NCBI GenBank assembly: GCA_963708025.1
Contig: CAVPSB010000022.1
Location: forward strand, 194,162-258,161
DNA: 64,000 bases
Direction of reading: 5' to 3'
Source of the DNA: an uncultured Candidatus Rokubacteria bacterium
GTDB taxonomy: Bacteria > Methylomirabilota > Methylomirabilia > Rokubacteriales > DASRDR01
Numbering within the stretch: the first letter of the stretch is position 1; each line of letters begins with the position of its first letter. The translations under genes and the position numbers were made by a program. Positions 52,171 to 59,661 of this stretch are shown here, in pieces. Below the pieces are notes generated by a model, which saw nothing but the letters and a program-made list of their open reading frames with translations, ran no database searches and was not told the DNA's origin.

Positions 52171-53157
52171 TCAGCCGGTGGCCAGCTCGCGGCGGAGCCC
52201 GTCGGTCATCCACGCCGGCCGCGGGCCCAGTTGACTGAGGGTGGCGACGACGCGCCGCGGCGTGCCCCAGTCGCTCCACGTCACGCCCGAGAGCTCGAGC
52301 ACACCGAGGTCTTCCCGGGCATGCTCCAGGAGATCGCGGGAGAGGTTGGCGGGGCGCGCGGCCGCGTAGGCGCGGCGGACCGCCTCAGCCTCCCCCGGCG
52401 TGCCGAAACAGTCGGCGGCCCGGAGCAGCGGGCCCACGGTGTCGGGCAGGTGTCGCTCGGCGAGCCGGACGAGCGGCGCGAGCCTCGTCACCACGACCAG
52501 CGTGTTCCAGAGCCAGCCCGCCCGCAGCATCTCGCGCGTCCAGGCCAGCGGAGGCTTCTCGACGAACCGCCGGACGCGCCGGACCGCGCCGGGGGCCGGC
52601 CATCCCAGCACCTCGCCCGGCTCGATCCAGCCGTACTCCGGCTCGGGGTGCGAGGGCAGCACTCCGAGGAGCACCGTGACGTCCGGGTACCGCACGGTGG
52701 TCGCCGCCGCCTCCTGGACCGCCGCCATGAACCGGTCGGCGGGTGTCACGAAGTGATCCGAGGGGAAGATCGCCACCGTCGCGTTCGCGTCGATGGCGCC
52801 GACGCGGAGCGCCGGGTACAGGAGGCCGAGCGCGGTGCCCCGGCTCTCGGGCTGGACGACGGGCCACACGGCGCCGCACTCGCCGAGGAGCGGCTCGTAG
52901 TAGCGAGCGTGCTCGCGCGTGAGGCTGACGAGCTGCCGGTCGCGCGGGATCAGCCGCCCCACGCGGCGCACGGTCTCCTGCAGAAGCGTCCCGGTGCCGG
53001 TGAGGTTGCAGAACTGCTTCGGCCGGCTGTCGCCCGTGATCCGGCGGGTCAGCGGCAGGAGGCGCGTGCCGTCCCCGCCGGCCAGGATCACGGCCCAGAG
53101 GGACGGCGGGGCCGAGTCGGTGGAGACCGGGCCGGGGAAAAGGGATGCCTGACTCAT
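52171..53157 (-). CDS. Mannose-1-phosphate guanylyltransferase-like nucleotidyltransferase
   Basis: VILAGGDGTRL, PKQF, QPESRGTA, FPSDH, EYGWI, FVEKP, WN and WSDWG motifs. Confidence 0.87.
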   Translation of the reverse strand: MSQASLFPGPVSTDSAPPSLWAVILAGGDGTRLLPLTRRITGDSRPKQFCNLTGTGTLLQETVRRVGRLIPRDRQLVSLTREHARYYEPLLGECGAVWPVVQPESRGTALGLLYPALRVGAIDANATVAIFPSDHFVTPADRFMAAVQEAAATTVRYPDVTVLLGVLPSHPEPEYGWIEPGEVLGWPAPGAVRRVRRFVEKPPLAWTREMLRAGWLWNTLVVVTRLAPLVRLAERHLPDTVGPLLRAADCFGTPGEAEAVRRAYAAARPANLSRDLLEHAREDLGVLELSGVTWSDWGTPRRVVATLSQLGPRPAWMTDGLRRELATG

Positions 53158-53475
53158 GGCGCGCCTCGCATCGGATGGTGGAGGGGGTCGGCCCGGGGTC
53201 GGTGGCCGGCTTCCCCCGGGCAGGAGCCTGACCACACGCGACGGGTCGGTGCCGGCGGGGCAGCCCTTCCGCGTCCGAAAGCCGATCGCCCCCTCCCGGA
53301 CCGGACGTGACTTCGACGGCAGGCAACCGGCGTGCAGATTTCAGTTTCAGAGGTCGGGAAAGACGTGTCAAGCAGAATCGCGAAGCGGAACGTCGAATCG
53401 CGGAATCCCGCGCCAGGCGACCCCGCGCGGCGAGCGCGTCCGGGGCGTTCGCGCGGGGGTGAACCCCGTGGAAAA

Positions 53476-53504
53476 AGCATAACAATCGCCGGTATCCGTT
53501 GCAA
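53476..53504 (-). promoter_or_regulatory. Putative sigma70 promoter in an AT-rich divergent control region
   Basis: Minus strand TTGCAA-N17-TATGCT with TG extension; a second TTGACA lies at 53371-53366. Confidence 0.55.
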
Positions 53505-53535
53505 AATAGTCTTCTTCGCGAAAAAGAAACGGGAG

Positions 53536-54309
53536 ATGTACGCGCCATCCGAGCTGCTCGACATCGCGCCCCACCGGGCGTACCGCCGGCTTCCGGTCCT
53601 CGGCCCGGCGAGCGTCGCGCTCTCCCTGTTCCTGGTGCTCGCCCTCGAGGTGCTCCTGGTGCGCTACCTGGCCCCGCTGGTCCGGGTGTTCGGCCTGGCC
53701 ACCTTCGAGCTGGTGCACTTCGTCCGGACCCCCGCCTCGCTGGGAAGCGACGAGTTCCTCGGGGTGCCGCTCTTCCCGGTCGTCTTCGGCACCATTCCGC
53801 CGCTCGGCTACGGGACGGTCCTGCTCTGGCTCGCCGGCAGCGTGGCCGGCATCGTCCTGCTGGGGCGCCTGCGCCGGGTGGTGGGGGCGCCGCTCCGCTA
53901 CCTGGTCGTCTACAACCTCCTCCTGGTCGCGGCCTCCGCGTGCTACCTCCTCTTCGCCGGCCACCTCGGGTACGACGCCGAGGAGTTCTCGCGCCTGTAC
54001 CTGCGCACCGTGGTGACGATCTGGCTGGTCACGCCGGCGTTCATGGGCCTGCTGAGCCTGACCCTGCCGTTCTCGCCGCTGGAGCGCGTCGGGCTGGTGA
54101 CGCTCACGCTGGTCTACGACATCATCTTCTCGGCCGTCCGCTACGCCGTCTTCGTCTGGCTCCTGCAGAACCTCGGCGCGGTGGTCATGGCCAACCTCTA
54201 TCTGTTCCTGGGTCCCCTCCTCGACGTCATCTACTTCGTGGGCATCTTCGGCCTGTTCGTGCTCAGCGCGGCGCGGCGGATCCGGCGCCGCCCCGAGTAC
54301 CTGGCGTGA
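53536..54309 (+). CDS. Hypothetical polytopic membrane protein (first gene of the EPS operon)
   Basis: About six TMs, GGGAG RBS, APHRAYR N-terminus; overlaps the GT2 start. Confidence 0.75.
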   Translation: MYAPSELLDIAPHRAYRRLPVLGPASVALSLFLVLALEVLLVRYLAPLVRVFGLATFELVHFVRTPASLGSDEFLGVPLFPVVFGTIPPLGYGTVLLWLAGSVAGIVLLGRLRRVVGAPLRYLVVYNLLLVAASACYLLFAGHLGYDAEEFSRLYLRTVVTIWLVTPAFMGLLSLTLPFSPLERVGLVTLTLVYDIIFSAVRYAVFVWLLQNLGAVVMANLYLFLGPLLDVIYFVGIFGLFVLSAARRIRRRPEYLA

Positions 54310-55550
54310 TCCTGGCGCTCCAGGTCTGGATGGGGGTCCTGACCGCCGTGATGCTGCTGTACGCGGCCCGGCACCTGGTCCTCACCATCGCCCGGATCGG
54401 CCCCCGGCAGCGCCCGGGCTACGAGGCGCTGCTCGACGGCGATTGCCCGGGGCTCACCGTGCTGATCCCGATGCACAACGAGGAGGCGGTCGCCGACGGC
54501 GTGTTGACCGCGCTCATCGCCAGCGACTATCCGAAGGACCGGATGGAGATCATCCCCATCGACGACCACTCGGTGGACGGCACCGAGGCGATCCTACGGC
54601 GCTACGCCGCCGCGCACCCCTACATCAAGCCGCTCCACCGCCGCTCGGGGCCGCGCGGCAAGCCGGCCGGGTTGAACGACGGCCTGGCCCGGGCCTCCCA
54701 CGAGATCGTCATCGTGTTCGACGCCGACTATCAGCCCGCCCGCGGCCTCCTGCGGGAGCTGGCCATGGCCTTCGCCGACCCCGAGGTGGGGGCGGTGATG
54801 GGCCGCGTGATCCCCAGGAATACCGGGGCCGGTCTGCTGACGCGGCTCCTGGATCTGGAGCGCTCGGGCGGGTACCAGGTCGACCAGCAGGCGCGCTACA
54901 CCCTCGACCTCATGCCGCAGTACGGCGGGACGGTCGGAGGCTTCCGCCGCTCGGTGGTCCTCGCCTGGGGCGGCTTCGACCCCCGGGTGCTGGCCGAGGA
55001 CACCGATCTCACCCTGCATCTCTACACGCGGGGCTGGAAGGTCGCCTACGCCAACCGGGCCGAGTGCTACGAGGAGGCGCCCGAGGCCTGGGACGTGCGC
55101 TTCCGGCAGCTCCGCCGCTGGGCCCGGGGTCACACCCAGGTCATGTTCCGCCACTGGCTCCGCCTTCCGGCGTCGCCGTACCTGAGCCCGCTCCAGAAGC
55201 TCGACGCGATGCTCCTGCTCGGCATCTACCTGGTCCCGCCGCTCCTCTTGACCGGGCTCGGCGCCAGCCTGATCCTCTTCCTCACCGGCTTCATCCCCAC
55301 CTGGGGGGCGGTCGCGCTGAGCTTCTTCGCGGTCGCCTACAACGCCTTCGGCAACTTCGCGCCCTTCTACCAGGTGGCGGCCGCCGGCCTCCTCGACGGC
55401 ATGCGGGAGCGCCTGTACCTGCTCCCCTTCATGTTCTTCATGTACCTCTACAACAGCTGGGCGGTGACCTCCGGCGTCGGCGACGCACTGGTCGACCTGG
55501 TCGGCCGCCGCATGCCGCAGTGGGACAAGACGCGGCGGTTCCGCCAATGA
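54306..55550 (+). CDS. Processive GT2 polysaccharide synthase-like protein (cellulose synthase/PgaC-type)
   Basis: IPMHNEE, DDHSVD, GKPAGLN, FDAD, LAED and QLRRW (D,D,D,QxxRW) with C-terminal TMs. Confidence 0.88.
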   Translation: MILALQVWMGVLTAVMLLYAARHLVLTIARIGPRQRPGYEALLDGDCPGLTVLIPMHNEEAVADGVLTALIASDYPKDRMEIIPIDDHSVDGTEAILRRYAAAHPYIKPLHRRSGPRGKPAGLNDGLARASHEIVIVFDADYQPARGLLRELAMAFADPEVGAVMGRVIPRNTGAGLLTRLLDLERSGGYQVDQQARYTLDLMPQYGGTVGGFRRSVVLAWGGFDPRVLAEDTDLTLHLYTRGWKVAYANRAECYEEAPEAWDVRFRQLRRWARGHTQVMFRHWLRLPASPYLSPLQKLDAMLLLGIYLVPPLLLTGLGASLILFLTGFIPTWGAVALSFFAVAYNAFGNFAPFYQVAAAGLLDGMRERLYLLPFMFFMYLYNSWAVTSGVGDALVDLVGRRMPQWDKTRRFRQ

Positions 55551-55704
55551 GACACCCTGTGTCAACCCTCTCGTTCCGCCGACCTCGTACCGCGTCGGGA
55601 CTGCGGGGCGCCCCCCCTCCCCCCGCCACAGGCCGAAGGCCGTCCAACTGGTGGGGAGGGGTCGCCAAAGGCCGAAGGCCGTCAATGGGTGGGGGTGGAC
55701 CCCG
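55548..55704 (+). repeat. Dispersed intergenic repeat, copy 4
   Basis: TGAGA..CTGTG..CCCCCCCTCCCCC..CAGGCCGAAGGCCGTC..GGGGAGGGG..AAAGGCCGAAGGCCGTC. Confidence 0.8.
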
Positions 55705-56736
55705 ATGAGCGTGGAGGTCCTGCTGCTCCTGCTCCTGTTCCTGGGACTGCTCCTGCTGCCCATGCTGCCGGGCTGCCGCGAGCTGTGGCGGCCACGCGAC
55801 AACCGCCCGCTCGAGATCGACCAGGACGCCACGGTGAATCCGCGCGAGCCCGCCCTGGCATTCCGGCGCGGGCTGGCGTCCCTGGTCGAGGTGGCGGCGG
55901 CCGACCTGCCGTCCCGGACGCTCGTCGACAAGGCCGGCGGCCGGGCGTACGAGATCCACCGGGACCTGCGCCTGGCGCCCGCCGTCCGGACCCCGGCCCT
56001 CCTGATCGCGCTCGGCGAGGCCGAGGTCGGCGACGCCGCCACGCTCGGCGACGTGTACGTCCAGGGGAATGCCCGGCTCGGCGCCGCCGTCCGGCTGCGG
56101 GCCCTGGCCGTCGACGGCGATCTCGTGCTCGGCCGGGACTCGAGCGTCGAGAACTGGATCGACACGGAGGCCAGCGCTTGGATCGGCCCCCGCTGCGACC
56201 TGGGCCGCTCGGCGAGCGCCGTCAAGGGCCTGACCCTGGGCGCCGGCTGCACCTTCCGCCGCCTGTGGGGGCTCCCGGTGTCCACCGAGGGTCCCGCCCG
56301 GCCCCCGGCCGGCGGGCCGGCGGCCGAGCCGGGCGAGCAACGCATCGACGACGCCCTCCTCTGGGCCGGCCGGCGGCTCACGGTGCCGAGCGGCCTCACC
56401 GTCGACCGGGATCTCGTCGTCCACGGAGAGGTGCGGGTCGGTGCCGGCAACCTCATCCGCGGCAGCATCAAGGCGTACGGCGGGCTCCACCTCGACGAGG
56501 GCGTCCGGGTCGAGGGGAACCTGATCTGCCGGCGCGGGATCCACATCGCGGGAGACGCCACCATCCGCGGGCACGTCTACGCCGAGGGCGACGTCGCCGT
56601 CGGCCCGGGCACCCGCGTCGGGGACGCGGCGGGCTTCAAGACCATCTACGCCACCGGCCGGATCGAGCTGGCGCCCGACGTCCTGGTCTTCGGCTGGATC
56701 GTGGCGGAGCGCGCGGGCATCGTGGCGGGCCCATGA
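55705..56736 (+). CDS. Membrane-anchored beta-helix (bactofilin/polymer-forming-like) repeat protein
   Basis: N-terminal TM; repeated V/L-x-G-D/N units (DVYVQGNARLG, DLVVHGEVRVG, VEGNLIC, IRGHVYAEGDV). Confidence 0.7.
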   Translation: MSVEVLLLLLLFLGLLLLPMLPGCRELWRPRDNRPLEIDQDATVNPREPALAFRRGLASLVEVAAADLPSRTLVDKAGGRAYEIHRDLRLAPAVRTPALLIALGEAEVGDAATLGDVYVQGNARLGAAVRLRALAVDGDLVLGRDSSVENWIDTEASAWIGPRCDLGRSASAVKGLTLGAGCTFRRLWGLPVSTEGPARPPAGGPAAEPGEQRIDDALLWAGRRLTVPSGLTVDRDLVVHGEVRVGAGNLIRGSIKAYGGLHLDEGVRVEGNLICRRGIHIAGDATIRGHVYAEGDVAVGPGTRVGDAAGFKTIYATGRIELAPDVLVFGWIVAERAGIVAGP

Positions 56737-56860
56737 ACCCCATGCGCGGCCTGCCCGTCGCGATCGTCGTGCTCGCCCGGGACCCGGGTTGCTCCCGCGG
56801 GCCCGGCCCCGGCCGCCGCGTCCGGATCCCGATCCCTCTCGCCGAGAGGAGACCGCGCGC

Positions 56861-58057
56861 ATGAACACCTCCGTGCTGCTGTGCATCGGGACCCGGCCCG
56901 AGATCATCAAGATGGCGCCGGTGTACCACGCCCTCAAGGGGACGCCGTTCGAGCCGATCGTCCTTCACACCGGCCAGCACGAGGCGGGCACCGAGACCGA
57001 TCGCCAGACGGTCTGGCCGCTCTACGAGTTCTTCGGCTTCCTGCCCGCCTACCGGGTCGACCTCGTCCGGCGGACGGAGACGCTCGCCCACCTCACGGCC
57101 CTCCTGATGGAGGAGCTGAACGAGCTGCTGACCTACATCGACCCGGGAGCCGTCCTCGTGCAGGGCGACACCACCACCGCCTTCATCGCCGCGCTGTCGG
57201 CCTTCTACCGGAAGACGCCGGTCGGTCACATCGAGGCGGGGCTCCGGACTCACAACGAGTACGACCCCTTCCCCGAGGAGAAGAACCGGCAGCTCATCAC
57301 GCGCCTGTCCCGCTGGCACTTCACCCCGACCGCGATGGCCTCGCAGAACCTCCTCGCCGAAGGAATCCCCCAGGAGCGCATCTTCCAGGTGGGCAACACC
57401 GTCGTGGACGCCGTCCAGTGGGGGATCGGGCAGCTGGACGAGCGCATCGCCCAGGGGGACCTCTTCCCGCGGCCGCTCCAGGCCCTGCCCGATCGGCTCC
57501 AGGGCCGGCGCTTGATCCTGATCACCGCCCACCGCCGCGAGAACTGGGGCGCCAAGATCACGCAGATCGCGCGGGCCACCCGGACGCTGCTGGAGCGCTA
57601 CCCCGATCTGGTCGTCGTCTGGCCGGTCCACCCGAACCCCAAGGTGCACACCACGGTCCAGGCCGGCTTCGAGAAGCTCGGGCCCAGCGTGTCCGAGCGG
57701 CTCTACCTGACGCCGGGCCTCTCCTACCCGGTGGTCCTGTGGCTCCTGAAGCACGCCTGGCTGGTCATGACGGACTCCGGCGGCATCCAGGAGGAGGCGG
57801 CGGCGACGGGCACGCCGGTCCTGGTCCTCCGGGACACCACCGAGCGGCCGGAGCTCCTCACCGCCGGCTCCGGGATGCTGGTGGGCACCGATCCGGAGGG
57901 GATCGTCCACCATGTGGACCGGCTCTCCGCCGAGTCGGGCCGGTACGACGCCATGCGCTCCGCCCCCAACCCCTTCGGCGACGGCCACGCCGCCCGGTAC
58001 ATCAGCGACGCGCTGGTCAAGAGCCTGGCGCCGGACGAGCCGAGCGCATGGTTCTGA
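56861..58057 (+). CDS. wecB: UDP-N-acetylglucosamine 2-epimerase (non-hydrolysing)
   Basis: GTRPEIIKMAP, TGQH, VQGDT, HIEAGLRT, PEE.NR, TAHRREN, TDSGGIQEE, TERPE and NPFGDG motifs. Confidence 0.95.
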   Translation: MNTSVLLCIGTRPEIIKMAPVYHALKGTPFEPIVLHTGQHEAGTETDRQTVWPLYEFFGFLPAYRVDLVRRTETLAHLTALLMEELNELLTYIDPGAVLVQGDTTTAFIAALSAFYRKTPVGHIEAGLRTHNEYDPFPEEKNRQLITRLSRWHFTPTAMASQNLLAEGIPQERIFQVGNTVVDAVQWGIGQLDERIAQGDLFPRPLQALPDRLQGRRLILITAHRRENWGAKITQIARATRTLLERYPDLVVVWPVHPNPKVHTTVQAGFEKLGPSVSERLYLTPGLSYPVVLWLLKHAWLVMTDSGGIQEEAAATGTPVLVLRDTTERPELLTAGSGMLVGTDPEGIVHHVDRLSAESGRYDAMRSAPNPFGDGHAARYISDALVKSLAPDEPSAWF

Positions 58058-58064
58058 GGAGAAC

Positions 58065-58133
58065 GGGAGGGGGCCTCGACGGCCCCCTCCCGGACCTCCC
58101 CCAGGAGATGAGGGCGCGGGCGAAGCCCGCGCC
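58065..58133. repeat. Paired GC-rich palindromes (REP-like hairpins)
   Basis: GGGAGGGGGCC-TCGAC-GGCCCCCTCCC (11-bp stem) and GGCGCGGGC-GAA-GCCCGCGCC (9-bp stem). Confidence 0.7.
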
Positions 58134-58215
58134 AGGAGTGGAACGCCGCGGCCGCCAGGCTCGGAGTCATCGCGTGGCGAGAAGCCGACGGGGGGCGGGC
58201 TTGGAACCTGCCGGT

Positions 58216-59100
58216 ATGTCTCAATGGGCTCGGAGCGCGGCCGCCCGCCTGGTGCTGGCCCTCATGCTGGCGACCATGCTGGCCTCGCCGACCCTGGGCC
58301 AGGAGCAGGGGCGAGAGAATCCGCCCACGACGCCGGCCGACTTCCCCCCCGCGCCCCCGGCGCCGGCGGCGCCGGGGGCACCCGAGCCGCCGCTCTCCGG
58401 CTTCATCGAGGCCGGCCTCAACTACAACATCCTGACCGACGGCCAGAAGGATTGGTTCGGCCAGTACGTGCGGGGTGTCGTCGACTACAAGCACCGGGAC
58501 ATCTTCTCCTACGAGATCTTCCACCTGGAGAAGTTCGGGGACCAGGGAACGTTCTTCTCCCTGGGCAACACCCACGTCTTCACCCCCGAGTGGTACACGA
58601 GCATCAGCGTCGGCACCAGCGCCGGCGGCTTCTTCTGGCCGCAGTTCCGCGTGGACGCCTTCCTCAGCAAGAAGTGGCTGGAGCGCCAGCAGCTCATCAC
58701 GACGATCGGGTTCGGCTACCACGACGCCAAGGACGTGCACTACGACTACGACCTGTTCATCGGCGCGACGTACTACTTCGACGGTCCCTGGATCCTCGAG
58801 GCCGGCCTCCACTACAACATCAGCGAGCCCGGCGACGTCACCGCCCCCGGGCCGTTCATCGCGGTGACGAACGGCCGGAACAAGGAGTACTTCCTGGTGC
58901 TCCGCTTCGGCTTCGGGCGGGAGGCGTACCAGGTGGTCGGCCCGACGACGTCGATCACCGACTTCGCCAGCCAGGTGGTGACGCTCACCTGGCGGAAGTG
59001 GCTCACCAGGGACTGGGGATTCAAGGTCCAGGGCGAGTACTACCACAACCCGTTCTACGAGCGGTACGGCTTCGAGCTGGGGATCTTCCGCGACTTCTGA
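58216..59100 (+). CDS. YaiO-family outer membrane beta-barrel protein
   Basis: Signal peptide, Pro-rich linker, amphipathic aromatic-rich strands, YHNPFYER and terminal Phe (IFRDF). Confidence 0.75.
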   Translation: MSQWARSAAARLVLALMLATMLASPTLGQEQGRENPPTTPADFPPAPPAPAAPGAPEPPLSGFIEAGLNYNILTDGQKDWFGQYVRGVVDYKHRDIFSYEIFHLEKFGDQGTFFSLGNTHVFTPEWYTSISVGTSAGGFFWPQFRVDAFLSKKWLERQQLITTIGFGYHDAKDVHYDYDLFIGATYYFDGPWILEAGLHYNISEPGDVTAPGPFIAVTNGRNKEYFLVLRFGFGREAYQVVGPTTSITDFASQVVTLTWRKWLTRDWGFKVQGEYYHNPFYERYGFELGIFRDF

Positions 59101-59137
59101 CCGGCGGGCCAACGGTCGGCCTCGACAAGGAGTGCCC

Positions 59138-59533
59138 ATGGCGAAGATCATGCTCGCCGACGACGAGCAGCAGGTGCGGGACATGGTCGCCTTCAAGCTG
59201 AAGGCCACCGGCCACCAGGTGGTGCCCGCCCGGGACGGCGGCGAGGCCATGACCCTGGCCGCCGCCGAGAGCCCCGACCTCATCATCCTGGACATCATGA
59301 TGCCGGTCCTCGACGGCTTCGAGGTTCTCCGGCGCCTGAAGGCCGACCCGGCGCTGCAGGCGATCCCGGTCATCGTCCTCTCGGCCAAGGGGCGGGAGCA
59401 GGACGTCCTCGCCGGCCTCCGCGGGGGCGCCGTGGACTACATCGTGAAGCCGTTCAGCCTGAAGGAGCTGACGGCGCGGGTCGAGCTGGCCCTGCGGAAG
59501 CGCGAGCCGGAGGGCGACCTCCCCGCTGACTGA
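59138..59533 (+). CDS. Single-domain response regulator (receiver only)
   Basis: LADDE, LDIMMPVLDG, LSA and YIVKPF motifs; no output domain. Confidence 0.92.
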   Translation: MAKIMLADDEQQVRDMVAFKLKATGHQVVPARDGGEAMTLAAAESPDLIILDIMMPVLDGFEVLRRLKADPALQAIPVIVLSAKGREQDVLAGLRGGAVDYIVKPFSLKELTARVELALRKREPEGDLPAD

Positions 59534-59652
59534 GAAGCTGTGAACCAATCGCTTTCTCCGGCTCCCCCCTCCCCTCCGCCAGAGGCCGAAGGCCGTCACG
59601 ATGGTGGGGGAGGGGGGTGGGGGGGGTGGGCGGGAGGTCACGAACTGGAGGA
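59531..59652 (+). repeat. Dispersed intergenic repeat, copy 5
   Basis: TGAGAAGCTGTGAACCAAT..TCCGGCTCCCCCCTCCCC..AGGCCGAAGGCCGTC..GGGGGAGGGGGG..GGGCGGGAGGTCACGAACTGGAGGA. Confidence 0.85.
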
Positions 59653-59661
59653 TCGCCCCGC

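Noticed and set aside
53160-53470. c-di-GMP or other riboswitch upstream of the polysaccharide genes
   Set aside because: I could not match the consensus of any known riboswitch class by eye; an Rfam scan is needed.
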